Translations under genes and position numbers: made by a program
Notes under the pieces: model-generated
Database searches by the model: none
Told to the model about the DNA's origin: nothing
What the model saw: only the letters and a program-made list of their open reading frames with translations
Assembly (NCBI GenBank): GCA_023898645.1
Contig: CP060232.1
Span: forward strand, 990,001-1,022,000
Direction: 5' to 3'
Length of the DNA: 32,000 nt
From: Candidatus Saccharimonadota bacterium
GTDB lineage: Bacteria; Patescibacteriota; Saccharimonadia; Saccharimonadales; Saccharimonadaceae
In this document: in pieces, positions 16,375 through 26,125 of the stretch
How positions within the stretch are numbered: the first letter of the stretch is position 1
Layout: each line of letters begins with the position of its first letter

Positions 16375-17586
16375 TCACACGTGCATGGTGTTTACTAGGC
16401 TGTAGATAGGCAAGAGAATTGCAGCCACCATACCACCCGCAACTACAGCAAGTACCACCATAAGAACCGGCTCGATAGCGGTAGAGATTGAACCAATTTC
16501 GTCATCAAGTTCATCCTCATAAATCTTCGCGGTCTTACCCATCATCTCATCAATACGACCCGACTTCTCACCGATGTTAATCATTTGAGATACAAGCTCT
16601 GGAACATGCCGCTCCGGTAAGAGTGACGATGACAAATCCTTGCCACCTTTAACCTTTTCAGCAGCATTATCGATTTCATCAGATATAACACTGTTGTTTA
16701 CTGCTTCACTAGCTATAGCAAGCATGTCTAGCATGTTTACGCCCGTATCAAGAAGTGTCTGCCCTGTCCTGTTAAATCGTGCCATATAGAGACGCTGGAA
16801 CAAACCTTTGATAATCGGAGTGTTGAGCTTAATCTCGTCAAGCATTCGTTGACCCCCTTCAGTACGAAAATACTGATAAACCATATAGGCAATAATCGCT
16901 ACTACGAACACTACCAGCCACCAATATTGCGTAGAGAATTGCGAAAGCGCAACGATAATTTGCGTAATAAGAGGTAGTGACTGATGTAAATCGTGGTACA
17001 GCTTCTGAACCTGTGGCACGACTGTGAAAAGCATAAATACCATAACAGCGAGAATGACCACTAAAACAATAAGCGGATATGTCATTGCTCCGCGAATACG
17101 ACCTACGATTACTGCATCTTTTTCCTGTTGCATCGCGATTCGCTGCAATGCTTCGTCTAACGTACCCGAGGCCTCACCTGCAGCCACCAATGAAAGAAAT
17201 AACCTGTCAAAAACATCTGGATGCTTCGAGAAAGAATCGTGGAGAGTGTGTCCTCCCTCGACAGAAGCAATAACTTCCTGAATAACATTGCGCAGTCTTG
17301 AATTTGCGGTTTGATCAACTAACGTGCGCAAACTCTGAGACAGAGGGAGTCCTGCTGTAATAAGTGTCGAAAGCTGACGAGTAAATACAACTCGGTCCTT
17401 AGTCGTAATACGATTCGTAAATCGAGCAAAAAAACTTTCCTCGGCGTTTACTTCCTTAATATTAAGCGGAGTAAAACCCTGCGCAACAAGTAACTTTGCC
17501 GCTTCGTGCTCAGTCTCGGCCTGAACAATAGCCTTTACAACCTTATCTGTAGTGTTGTCTCTTGCTTCGTAGTTAAACTTTCTCAT
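16375..17586 (-). CDS. pilC: Type IV pilus platform protein (GspF/PilC family)
   Basis: Two T2SSF repeats and three TM segments. Family-typical length (403 aa) and position after pilB/pilT. Confidence 0.9.
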   Translation of the reverse strand: MRKFNYEARDNTTDKVVKAIVQAETEHEAAKLLVAQGFTPLNIKEVNAEESFFARFTNRITTKDRVVFTRQLSTLITAGLPLSQSLRTLVDQTANSRLRNVIQEVIASVEGGHTLHDSFSKHPDVFDRLFLSLVAAGEASGTLDEALQRIAMQQEKDAVIVGRIRGAMTYPLIVLVVILAVMVFMLFTVVPQVQKLYHDLHQSLPLITQIIVALSQFSTQYWWLVVFVVAIIAYMVYQYFRTEGGQRMLDEIKLNTPIIKGLFQRLYMARFNRTGQTLLDTGVNMLDMLAIASEAVNNSVISDEIDNAAEKVKGGKDLSSSLLPERHVPELVSQMINIGEKSGRIDEMMGKTAKIYEDELDDEIGSISTAIEPVLMVVLAVVAGGMVAAILLPIYSLVNTMHV

Positions 17587-17593
17587 AGCAAAT

Positions 17594-18664
17594 CTAGCCT
17601 CGCATCAATCTTTCAAATTCAGTCAAATCTACTGCAAAACTTCTTGCTTCGTCATATGTTATGACACCGCTTTGAACAAGACCTACTAGAGTACGGTCCA
17701 TCGTCTGCATGCCCGCATCTGCGCCTGTCTGTATAACTGCGTCGAGCTGATGAGACTTACCCTCCCTGATAATGTTACGTACAGCAGGATTAGCAATCAA
17801 AATTTCAGCCGCTACGACCCTGCCCCCTCCAATCGCAGGAACAAGACGCTGTGAACAGATTGCCATAAGAATATTGGCAAGTTGAGCGCGAATTTGCGAT
17901 TGTTGATGTGGTGGAAATACGTCTATCATACGATCTATCGATTGAGCAGCACTGTTCGTGTGAAGGGATGCCAAAACCAAATGGCCCGTTTCAGCAATTG
18001 TAATAGCAGCACTGATCGTTTCGAGATCTCGCATCTCACCAATCAATACAACATCTGGGTCCTGACGAAGACTTGAACGCAAAGCTGCCGAGAAACTATA
18101 AGTATCATAGTGAACTTCTCGCTGCACGACGACCGACTTTTTAGATGTATGTGTAAACTCAATCGGATCCTCGATAGTAATAATATGCTGGGATGTCTCA
18201 GTATTTAACTTGTCGATCAGAGATGCAAGCGTCGTTGACTTACCACTACCCGTAGGACCCGTTACTAGTACAAGCCCCCTGGGATACTTTGCAAAATTCA
18301 TAACGACTGGCGGTACACCTAGTTCGTTGATAGTCTTGATCTCGTTAGGTATAAGCCTCAGTGCAGCCGCAAGATTACCTCTTTCGTGGTAGGCATTTAC
18401 GCGAAACCGACCTAGCGTTCCAAAAGCAAAACTAAAGTCAAATTCCTTGTCTTTGTCGAGGATTTGCTGTTGATCCTGATCCAAAATGGCAAAAAGTAAG
18501 GTTTCGACAGACGCCTCATCAAGAGGGTTAAATCCAGATATAGGTACAAGCGAACCATCGACACGCAATACCGGAGGTAGTCCGACTTGCAAGTGCAAAT
18601 CAGAAGCTCGCCGACGAACGACTTCTTCTAGTAGAATTTCAATCCTTAGTTCTTGATTTGGCAT
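17594..18664 (-). CDS. pilT: Type IV pilus retraction ATPase
   Basis: 356 aa. Walker A GPTGSGKSTT, Asp box/Walker B (VVLIGEMRD), His box (GHLVLASLHT), and AIRNIIREGK-like motif (AVRNIIREGKSHQ). Confidence 0.9.
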   Translation of the reverse strand: MPNQELRIEILLEEVVRRRASDLHLQVGLPPVLRVDGSLVPISGFNPLDEASVETLLFAILDQDQQQILDKDKEFDFSFAFGTLGRFRVNAYHERGNLAAALRLIPNEIKTINELGVPPVVMNFAKYPRGLVLVTGPTGSGKSTTLASLIDKLNTETSQHIITIEDPIEFTHTSKKSVVVQREVHYDTYSFSAALRSSLRQDPDVVLIGEMRDLETISAAITIAETGHLVLASLHTNSAAQSIDRMIDVFPPHQQSQIRAQLANILMAICSQRLVPAIGGGRVVAAEILIANPAVRNIIREGKSHQLDAVIQTGADAGMQTMDRTLVGLVQSGVITYDEARSFAVDLTEFERLMRG

Positions 18665-18679
18665 ACTATTCCTATCTCT

Positions 18680-20443
18680 CTACGCGGTGTCCGCTGTTAC
18701 TCGGTTTACTTCTTCCAGCGTTGTAATTCCTTGCAGCGCTTTGAGATACCCATCCTGGCGCATGGTAATCATACCCTCTGCTACTGCCTGCCTTTGAATT
18801 TCTGAACTAGTTGCACGGCGAACTATGAGCTGCTGGATCGTTTCCGTCACATCCATTACCTCGTAGAGTCCTGCGCGTCCGCTATATCCCTTTGGCGTAG
18901 CCGGGGTGTCTTTACCCTTGACTAAAGTATAAGCGTTTTGACCTGCCAGAGGCAAGTCTTTATAGCCTAAATCTTGTGAAATCTTTGCAACATCTGCCTG
19001 CGTCTTGGGAAGAAGGTGTCCAACAGTAGCCAAAATATTTTGTGTTTCAATAGGACCAGACTGATAGGTGTCCCGCTTAGGAGCTACTCGACGCACCAAA
19101 CGCTGACCAATAATTGTATTTACTGTGCTCGCTATCAGAAATGGTTCAATCTTCATATCTAGTAAACGCGGCAACACTCCAGCAGCGCTATTTGTGTGCA
19201 ACGTACTAAGTACAAGGTGCCCTGTCAGTGCCGCCTGAACGGCCAAGTTAGCCGTCTCGTCGTCACGGATCTCGCCCACCATCACGATGTCTGGGTCTTG
19301 GCGTAAGATTGAACGAAGTCCAGTTGCAAATGTTAGCCCAACCTCACTGTTCACCTGGATTTGATTGACTCCCGCCATCTTATATTCGACTGGGTCTTCC
19401 AGTGTAACTATATTGACCGTGTCATCCTTAATTTCTTGAATAAGAGCGTACAAACTGGTTGATTTACCACTACCTGTTGGTCCAGAGGTCAAAACCATTC
19501 CATTCGGCCTATGAGCTCCCTTGCGAATAGCACGTAACGCACGCCCAGCGTACCCCATCTCTTCAAGATTAAACGTAGATCCAGACTTGTCTAACAGTCG
19601 GATTACTACCTGCTCACCCCAGACTACAGGACTAATCGCAATACGAAGATCAACTTCCTTGTTGGCAACTTTAACTGCAAATTGCCCATCCTGCGGCACT
19701 CTATGTTCGTCAATCTTTAGATTGGACAAAATTTTTATACGACTTACCAATGCTGGCTCGATAGCCTTTGGAAGCTGCATTATCTCCCGGAGGACACCAT
19801 CCACACGACAACGAATCTTCAGAGCTGCTTCAAGTGGTTCGATGTGTATATCGCTAGCTCGTGACTTAACGGCATATTCCAAAATAGTCGATAAGGCGCG
19901 GCTAATCGGAGAATCTTGAACAATAGTTTTAATATTACTCGACTCTTCCTTCTCCGCCTCTTGTGCGGTCGCTTCTGCAGCGGCACCAACCGTAGACAAA
20001 TCAGCTTTATATTGGTCTAAAACGTGTCGTACGCCAACCTCAGAAGCCATAAAAACCTTTAATGGCCGTTCTATCATGCTTGAAAGATAATCAACAGCCT
20101 GCACATTACTTGCGTCTACCATCGCAACCGCCAAGCGATTTTGAACTTCAGCAAGCGGAACGGCCATGAAACGCTCAGCAACATCCTCTGGTAAAAGTTC
20201 GAGTACGTTTTGATTTATAAGACTATTTGTCAAATTAACATAAGGAACGCCGGAAACCTGTGCAATTCCATGTGTGAGCATTTCGTCGTCTATGATGTGC
20301 CTTTCAGACAGAAGGGCAAACAGAGGTTTTTTCGTTTTTTGCGACTCCTCGTCTGCGGCACGCAAAACAGCTTTCGAAACAAGCCCTTCATCTGTAAGAA
20401 GGGTCATGAGCTTTTCCTGCATTTCAGTGGTCAGTAACGCCAC
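18680..20443 (-). CDS. pilB: Type IV pilus assembly ATPase (GspE/PilB family)
   Basis: T2SE_N-type N-domain, Walker A GPTGSGKSTS, IVMVGEIRD, GHLVLSTLHT. GTG start preceded by GGGGGGGAG SD. Confidence 0.9.
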   Translation of the reverse strand: MALLTTEMQEKLMTLLTDEGLVSKAVLRAADEESQKTKKPLFALLSERHIIDDEMLTHGIAQVSGVPYVNLTNSLINQNVLELLPEDVAERFMAVPLAEVQNRLAVAMVDASNVQAVDYLSSMIERPLKVFMASEVGVRHVLDQYKADLSTVGAAAEATAQEAEKEESSNIKTIVQDSPISRALSTILEYAVKSRASDIHIEPLEAALKIRCRVDGVLREIMQLPKAIEPALVSRIKILSNLKIDEHRVPQDGQFAVKVANKEVDLRIAISPVVWGEQVVIRLLDKSGSTFNLEEMGYAGRALRAIRKGAHRPNGMVLTSGPTGSGKSTSLYALIQEIKDDTVNIVTLEDPVEYKMAGVNQIQVNSEVGLTFATGLRSILRQDPDIVMVGEIRDDETANLAVQAALTGHLVLSTLHTNSAAGVLPRLLDMKIEPFLIASTVNTIIGQRLVRRVAPKRDTYQSGPIETQNILATVGHLLPKTQADVAKISQDLGYKDLPLAGQNAYTLVKGKDTPATPKGYSGRAGLYEVMDVTETIQQLIVRRATSSEIQRQAVAEGMITMRQDGYLKALQGITTLEEVNRVTADTA

Positions 20444-20458
20444 GTCTACACTCCCCCC

Positions 20459-20686
20459 CTACGGTGTTTGACCGTTACCAATTTCCACCTCGACCGTCGG
20501 ATTAATTGCATCCTTATTAAAAATCGTCTTATCAGGTGTTTCGATAGTATCGCTGATTGGCGCTATAGTTTTTACCTTAACACTTTCACCACTCGGCTGG
20601 CCAATCACCATACTCGCTACAAAATAAGCAACAACTACGCTGATAGAGGCTATAAGTACTATAGATGCTACTTCAGTGTTTTTCAT
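20459..20686 (-). CDS. Small single-pass membrane protein (75 aa) embedded in the T4P operon
   Basis: One N-terminal TM helix. ATGA start/stop overlap with the pilO-like gene argues for real translation. No domain recognised. Confidence 0.55.
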   Translation of the reverse strand: MKNTEVASIVLIASISVVVAYFVASMVIGQPSGESVKVKTIAPISDTIETPDKTIFNKDAINPTVEVEIGNGQTP

Positions 20687-21357
20687 TGCTTAACCACCTT
20701 ATCAGTTAATTGAACGGTTTGAGCCGTGTCATAGTAGCCGACACCATTTGCAGTTAAAATGACTCTTCCACCCTGACTTTCGATTGATAGATTAGTTACG
20801 TCAAATGGCCTAATCGACATCTCTATACGCTGTAATACACTTCGTAAACTAGTCTGCTTGTTTGAAGCAGTACTAACAGCGAATGAAAAACTTATGGTAT
20901 TTGAGCCAGCGGCATCAGTATTTGACGTTCCATCACTACTAGCAGAATCAACTCTTAAGCTCTCAATCGTTACTCCTGGTACACCGGCCAACAATTTTGT
21001 TTGCAAAGACGACGCCATCGCAGTTGAATTCGCATTAGATGGAAGCGCATCGAGAACAGATTGCAGAGGCGCGTCAGTACTATTAAGGCGCACTGATGCG
21101 AGATCTTGGTTCGTGTTAAGTACTCTAATGTTGTCTTTAAGAGCAGGAACTGTATCAATATTTTTCTGCAACACTGAAATGGTATGATCTTTTTCTGCAA
21201 TAACTTTTTCACCAAACAATATACGTTGACCCAAAAAGATAACAAGGACAAATGAGAAACCAACGACAGTTGACGCGCCGGCAATTGCTAAAAACATTGT
21301 TTTATTCGCACGGCTAATTTGTTGACGTTTACGCAGTCCTGCCGCTTGTTTGTCCAT
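20683..21357 (-). CDS. pilO: PilO-like pilus alignment protein
   Basis: Basic N-terminus, single TM, coiled region, then a globular periplasm-like domain. Sits after pilN. Assignment rests on architecture and synteny only. Confidence 0.5.
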   Translation of the reverse strand: MDKQAAGLRKRQQISRANKTMFLAIAGASTVVGFSFVLVIFLGQRILFGEKVIAEKDHTISVLQKNIDTVPALKDNIRVLNTNQDLASVRLNSTDAPLQSVLDALPSNANSTAMASSLQTKLLAGVPGVTIESLRVDSASSDGTSNTDAAGSNTISFSFAVSTASNKQTSLRSVLQRIEMSIRPFDVTNLSIESQGGRVILTANGVGYYDTAQTVQLTDKVVKQ

Positions 21358-22082
21358 TAGTTAGTCCCCTTCTGATCAGCTGCGCGATCGCTAAACAAGC
21401 TTTGTGGCAATCCTAAGTAGGAATCGGTTGCATTTTGACGACCAGGTCCAACAATGATTGCATCACTTGAGCTTCTCGCAAAAAACGCAGGGTCGTAAGT
21501 AAATGACATAGTGAAGCGAAGAACTTTATTTCCAGTTGCATCTTCTCCGTAACTCAACTCAGACGTCGAGACATTGTCCGTAAGCGGAACAGTTTGAGCC
21601 GTATCGCCATCCTTGTAACTCAATGACGTACCAAGAATTGTCTTTTTTAAGATATCTGCGGCAACATATCCATTCGCCGCCTGACCCTCTAGGTGAATGG
21701 TTCCGCTGTCAGAATCAACACGAGCAAGTGAAAAGGTGACTTGGTTTGGCGCTTGCGGATTGATTTTTGCCAACAACTCAAAGAACCGTGAGTAGATATT
21801 CTTCTCATTATGATAATTGGTTAGCTGTGTGAGTTGGTGCTGGATAGTCAACATGTGAGCTAGATCAGGTACGCTTGATAGTGATTTGCTTTTTTGCTTG
21901 ATTTGATCGTCGTCGATAGATGAACGTACAGTTTGTACTCCGACTAAATAAACCGTCATGAGTACCACAATACCTATAAACACAAGGCTTACAAAAACAG
22001 CACCCGTGATGACAAGACTTCTTACCCGTTTTGCGCGTATGAGTTCTTGTTTAACGTCTGGTACAAGATTAATTTCTGTCAT
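21357..22082 (-). CDS. pilN: PilN-like pilus alignment protein
   Basis: N-terminal EINLVPD motif (PilN INLLP-type), single TM, extracytoplasmic domain. Overlaps the pilM stop. Confidence 0.6.
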   Translation of the reverse strand: MTEINLVPDVKQELIRAKRVRSLVITGAVFVSLVFIGIVVLMTVYLVGVQTVRSSIDDDQIKQKSKSLSSVPDLAHMLTIQHQLTQLTNYHNEKNIYSRFFELLAKINPQAPNQVTFSLARVDSDSGTIHLEGQAANGYVAADILKKTILGTSLSYKDGDTAQTVPLTDNVSTSELSYGEDATGNKVLRFTMSFTYDPAFFARSSSDAIIVGPGRQNATDSYLGLPQSLFSDRAADQKGTN

Positions 22083-23125
22083 GCGATGTTCCTTCTCTTA
22101 GCCAGTCCTACGGCCACAGAAAATTCCGAGGCAATCGCAGCAAAATTCTGATCATTCGAAGGTGCAGACACACCCTGCCATGGGTTAGCAACAGAACATT
22201 GAATGCCTATCTTGGTTGTCATATACTGATCTAGCTGCGGAATCACACCCGCAAAACCAGCTAATAGTACGTTGCTTACCACCACTGCAGGATACCTTGT
22301 TTGAAAAAACTTAATGGATTTTAGTAGCTCCGACACAAGACCTTCTAGCGTACCCTCTAGGGCTCGCACAACCTGCCCCTCTAACTTGTCAGGAGCTAGG
22401 CCGAATTTAAGTATAAATTGTCGAGCCTGGTCCTCTTGGATTCCTAGATTTTGAACAGCAGCATGGACTAACGTCTCTAGACCGCTTGGAATTGATCTGA
22501 CTAACCGTGGCGCATCTCCGTAGACAATACCAACGTTAATGTTCTGTTCTGCTACTTCAACAATCACCTGAGCCTCATGGATACCGGGTGCAGCAAGGGC
22601 ACGGATGGCAGCAAGTGGCTCTGGCTCTGCAGCAATAACATCAAACCCGAGGCTCTCGACAAGCTCGAGTCGCTCCTCAGCATAAGAAATTGGTGTGCTT
22701 GCAAGTAATACTTCCTGTTTTGTGGGGTCATGTAGCGATTGACCCAACACTGACCAGTCAACCTTTGCATCATCTAATGACATCGGTATGTATTGATCAA
22801 GTTGATACTTAATAGTACTTTTCAACTCAGCCTCAGATGTAGTTGGTATGTCGATTACCGTAACAAACGTCTTGCCGGCAGATAAGCCGATTGCAACGTT
22901 TTTTGTCTTGATACCACTCTGCCCCACCACTGTCATAATAATCTCGCCAAGTCGATGCTTTGCCTCTGCAGAGTCAGATGTCGCAGTCTTGACATCGATC
23001 GGTGCATAACCATAGTGACGTAACGACCATTTATCTGGACCTGCGGGCGTAAGTTGCACGGCCCTAACTGAATTAGTTCCTATATCGAGACCAAAGAAGT
23101 CGCCCACGCCTTTTATCATAGCCAT
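22079..23125 (-). CDS. pilM: PilM, actin-like ATPase of the T4P alignment complex
   Basis: FFGLDIGTNSVRAV (actin-fold phosphate-1). About 350 aa. Candidate starts are ATG 23125 (9 nt after TATAAT) or ATG 23119 (10 nt after AGAGG). The track's GTG 23143 is less likely. Confidence 0.85.
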   Translation of the reverse strand: MAMIKGVGDFFGLDIGTNSVRAVQLTPAGPDKWSLRHYGYAPIDVKTATSDSAEAKHRLGEIIMTVVGQSGIKTKNVAIGLSAGKTFVTVIDIPTTSEAELKSTIKYQLDQYIPMSLDDAKVDWSVLGQSLHDPTKQEVLLASTPISYAEERLELVESLGFDVIAAEPEPLAAIRALAAPGIHEAQVIVEVAEQNINVGIVYGDAPRLVRSIPSGLETLVHAAVQNLGIQEDQARQFILKFGLAPDKLEGQVVRALEGTLEGLVSELLKSIKFFQTRYPAVVVSNVLLAGFAGVIPQLDQYMTTKIGIQCSVANPWQGVSAPSNDQNFAAIASEFSVAVGLAKRRNIA

Positions 23126-23179
23126 AATGCCTCTATTATACACAAGCGCTTTCGCACATAAAAGCCCATTTTTATTAAT

Positions 23180-25342
23180 CTAGTAATACGGGGGTAAATC
23201 CGTAGAATATGTTGTTTGTAATTTACCGACACTCTCACCGCCACCTTTGATCTGCGACCACAAACTAGTCGTACCTGGCAAGTTAATGATCTCCGCAGGA
23301 TCACCCGCACCACTATCCGCACCATACGTACGCAACAGATATAAATGACGTGCCATAACCGGACCATTAATCAATAGCTTGATGTCGCAAACTTTGGTCG
23401 ACAAATGAATATTGACATCATCTCCGCAAGTAGAAATGTTACCCCCTGCACCACTAGCAATTAGCCAGGCATCAATCTGTTTCACTGACTTATCGATGTA
23501 AATGTTATTCGCGATAATCACTAGCTGTGGAATCTCGCTAATATCCTTATAGGGGTCAACACCCTTGCCGTTATCATATTTGATGTTACCAGTAATCGAC
23601 ACATTCGCATTTGGCGCCCAGACGATAATCATCTTTCCTTTACCTATAGGATCTTTAGCTTCTACTTTTAACGAATTTGATTGCGTTACGTGCAGTCCAT
23701 TTCCTAGGTCTGAAATATTTAACTTCCTACTAGAATCAATAATGGGTATCTGACTACCGGCTGTTAGTGCGGGGACTGCATCTGGGATTGTGCCGACACC
23801 AGTACTACTCGAGAAGTTACCGCAAGAACTCGTATCGTTAGCAAAGGTAAGAATATTAAGTCTATAATCGCAAGTGCCCGATGGCACCCCAGAAAATCCT
23901 CCCGCATACCCCGAAAGAGAGGCGACTCCTACGACTGGTCCGGGAGCGATTATGCCGTACTCAACCCAGCTGCCATACGTCTTTCTGCTTCCACCAACCA
24001 TCTTTGTCGATGTACTTGCATATACCTTTGCAGAGGCACTTCCAGGCCCACCGGCGAAACCTCTCCCGACCCTAAGGTCGCCACCTTGAATCTGTACGAA
24101 CGCATGCTCCGCCACAAATATACATGCCGACTGACTATAACGATCTGTTGGCGAATCATTTTGAGTTGGTTGGTGGATTTTTAGAAAATAACATATTTTT
24201 GTGCCAGGACCCCAAGAAGGATCAAGTGCAGGCCTAGATGCTGCGGTGTTAATAACGTTATATCCTGGATTGAATGTCCTATTATTAGAATCGAGATTGT
24301 CATTGCATGATTGAGTTAATACTTGCCTGGTCAGCTGCGCACAAGTTCCCCCGCTAAGTCTAGAAACATCTTGCCCAGGGCTCACGACAACTTGAGTAAT
24401 TGACCATTCAGTTGATTGACTAGTAGTGTCGATAGATGTGTTGTTTACACTAAAGACTAATGGCTGAACGCTCGCGCCACTTCCCGGGAAAACAGCTTGA
24501 CTAGCGGGAGTCACTGACGGTATCAAATTGTACACTTTAGGCGCTGGTGTCGGCGGCGGCGTCACAGGGGGTTTAATTTCATCACACGCATTACCAATAT
24601 AACTACGGAGCTGCTCAGCTAGGTTGGAATAGTTAGAATCAATGTGAAAGGTGTGCGTCGAATTATTAGAGCTACCATTAATCACACTGTTAAGTGCACC
24701 CTGATCCGCATTACCGATAATACCTCCTAGTATCAATTTAGGGTTTCCGATATCCGGACCACCTGCTTTTAATTTCCTTACAGCATTTTGAGCCAACCTG
24801 ACCGCGTTACCAACGCCAGATGGCTGGTTCGGCAGGCCGTCAGTCATAAAAACAATAATGTCTGTCTTTTTCATGATGCCTGCAATGGCAGGATTGAGAT
24901 TTCCATGATCATAACCAAAACCTTGCTCATAGTCGGTACCACCATAGGAAACTATGGAATTTAAATTCGCCATAAAGTTATAGTAGCCCGGGTCAAGATT
25001 GCCATATGAACTTACGAAGTCGCTATAAGGTGCGTCGTAATTAGAATCCGCAACGCCATACGCAAACGACCAAAATGCCAAAAATATGTTCGGGTCGTAC
25101 AACCCGGTATTAGTATTGTTATTGTTATTTCCCGGGGGTTGAAACAACAATTTAATCTGTGCTTGCAAGGTTCGCTCATTAGTTGGACCAACTGAACCCG
25201 AGCGATCAAGTACCATAGCAACGTGACAAAGTGGAGTCGACTGAGCATAACTATAGGGAGTCACGATTGCAGCCACGAGAGCAGTAATCCCTATGCCAAA
25301 CATAATGACCCATGGCAATATCCTATTCATCCATATTGTCAT
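23180..25342 (-). CDS. Large secreted/anchored von Willebrand factor A-domain protein (720 aa), candidate pilus-associated adhesin
   Basis: N-terminal hydrophobic signal/anchor. MIDAS DRSGS in VAMVLDRSGSVG, plus a downstream FMTDGLPN motif. About 450 aa of C-terminal region without recognisable motifs. TAATG overlap with the upstream TPR gene. Confidence 0.8.
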   Translation of the reverse strand: MTIWMNRILPWVIMFGIGITALVAAIVTPYSYAQSTPLCHVAMVLDRSGSVGPTNERTLQAQIKLLFQPPGNNNNNTNTGLYDPNIFLAFWSFAYGVADSNYDAPYSDFVSSYGNLDPGYYNFMANLNSIVSYGGTDYEQGFGYDHGNLNPAIAGIMKKTDIIVFMTDGLPNQPSGVGNAVRLAQNAVRKLKAGGPDIGNPKLILGGIIGNADQGALNSVINGSSNNSTHTFHIDSNYSNLAEQLRSYIGNACDEIKPPVTPPPTPAPKVYNLIPSVTPASQAVFPGSGASVQPLVFSVNNTSIDTTSQSTEWSITQVVVSPGQDVSRLSGGTCAQLTRQVLTQSCNDNLDSNNRTFNPGYNVINTAASRPALDPSWGPGTKICYFLKIHQPTQNDSPTDRYSQSACIFVAEHAFVQIQGGDLRVGRGFAGGPGSASAKVYASTSTKMVGGSRKTYGSWVEYGIIAPGPVVGVASLSGYAGGFSGVPSGTCDYRLNILTFANDTSSCGNFSSSTGVGTIPDAVPALTAGSQIPIIDSSRKLNISDLGNGLHVTQSNSLKVEAKDPIGKGKMIIVWAPNANVSITGNIKYDNGKGVDPYKDISEIPQLVIIANNIYIDKSVKQIDAWLIASGAGGNISTCGDDVNIHLSTKVCDIKLLINGPVMARHLYLLRTYGADSGAGDPAEIINLPGTTSLWSQIKGGGESVGKLQTTYSTDLPPYY

Positions 25343-25929
25343 TACTTCTTCTCCATTGCAGCGGCATGAGTGGCCTGTGAATCGTAATACGCCTTGCTAA
25401 GAAGTGCTTCGTTCGTTGGACTTGCCGCCCATTTACCAGCCAAGGTATAGTATCGTGCAGCATTGGCGTATTGTTTTTGATCTGCATACATACGCGCGAG
25501 CCAGTCAGCTGCGAGATATTTATCAGTTGACACGCTTTCAGCCTGCAAAGCAACCTTAATTGCCTTGTTCGCATTACCCGTATCGTATAGAAGCTGTGAC
25601 TGGCTAATATATAGCTGTATTTTGCGAACCGTATCTGGCTCGGACGCTATTTCAGACGCATAAATATCATTAGCCTTTGCAATGTCGCCATCCTTTATAG
25701 CCGCCAGAGCTTTATTATGTATCACACCTTCGCGCTTAATCTGCGCAACTTTGTCATCTCGTGCAGCCAATTGTGCCGCCGTAGGAGCTGCAGTCTCATC
25801 AGTGGTCTGTGATTGATTTAACCTAAATAATACCAACGTTATGCCTACGATAAAAAGCGCTCCTACGACAATAAACACTTTCGTCCGAAAGGATAACTTA
25901 ATCCACCACTTGTTATTCTTTTTTGACAT
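25342..25929 (-). CDS. Membrane-anchored TPR-like repeat protein, first gene of the T4P supercluster
   Basis: N-terminal TM helix (VFIVVGALFIVGITLVLF), then helical repeats with TPR-like A/Y/L spacing (NKAIKVALQAE..., LARMYADQKQYANAARYYTLAGKW). Confidence 0.6.
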   Translation of the reverse strand: MSKKNNKWWIKLSFRTKVFIVVGALFIVGITLVLFRLNQSQTTDETAAPTAAQLAARDDKVAQIKREGVIHNKALAAIKDGDIAKANDIYASEIASEPDTVRKIQLYISQSQLLYDTGNANKAIKVALQAESVSTDKYLAADWLARMYADQKQYANAARYYTLAGKWAASPTNEALLSKAYYDSQATHAAAMEKK

Positions 25930-26039
25930 CTACCATCCATTAACGCTTATGCTGGGTCAAGTATAAACGACGGTGAATGTTTGGACAAGCAAACAAATAA
26001 TTACTCGTCTCTTAGTGGCAATATACCGATGAGTGCCAT

Positions 26040-26059
26040 CCACATCTACATAGATGTGG
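26040..26059. promoter_or_regulatory. 20-bp palindrome CCACATCTA-CA-TAGATGTGG between divergent promoters
   Basis: Perfect 9-bp arms around a central CA. Lies between a possible minus-strand TATATT box (26020-26025) and the plus-strand promoter at 26087. Confidence 0.5.
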
Positions 26060-26086
26060 GTATGTTTCTATCAGCCTCGCATTATA

Positions 26087-26116
26087 TTGGAAAAACTTCA
26101 CCACCTCTGTTAGAAT
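26087..26116 (+). promoter_or_regulatory. Promoter TTGGAA-18-(TGT)TAGAAT
   Basis: TTGGAA 26087-26092, spacer ending in TGT, TAGAAT 26111-26116. ATG of a 25-codon ORF lies 9 nt downstream. Confidence 0.45.
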
Positions 26117-26125
26117 AGATTGGTT

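Noticed and set aside
17024-25574. Numerous 60-130-aa ORFs antisense to or nested within pilC, pilT, pilB, pilO, pilM, the vWA gene and the TPR gene (e.g. 19521-19919, 20858-21187, 23116-23367, 25323-25574)
   Set aside because: All lie inside long ORFs with clear family motifs on the opposite strand or in another frame. They have no SD or promoter context and show biased composition.
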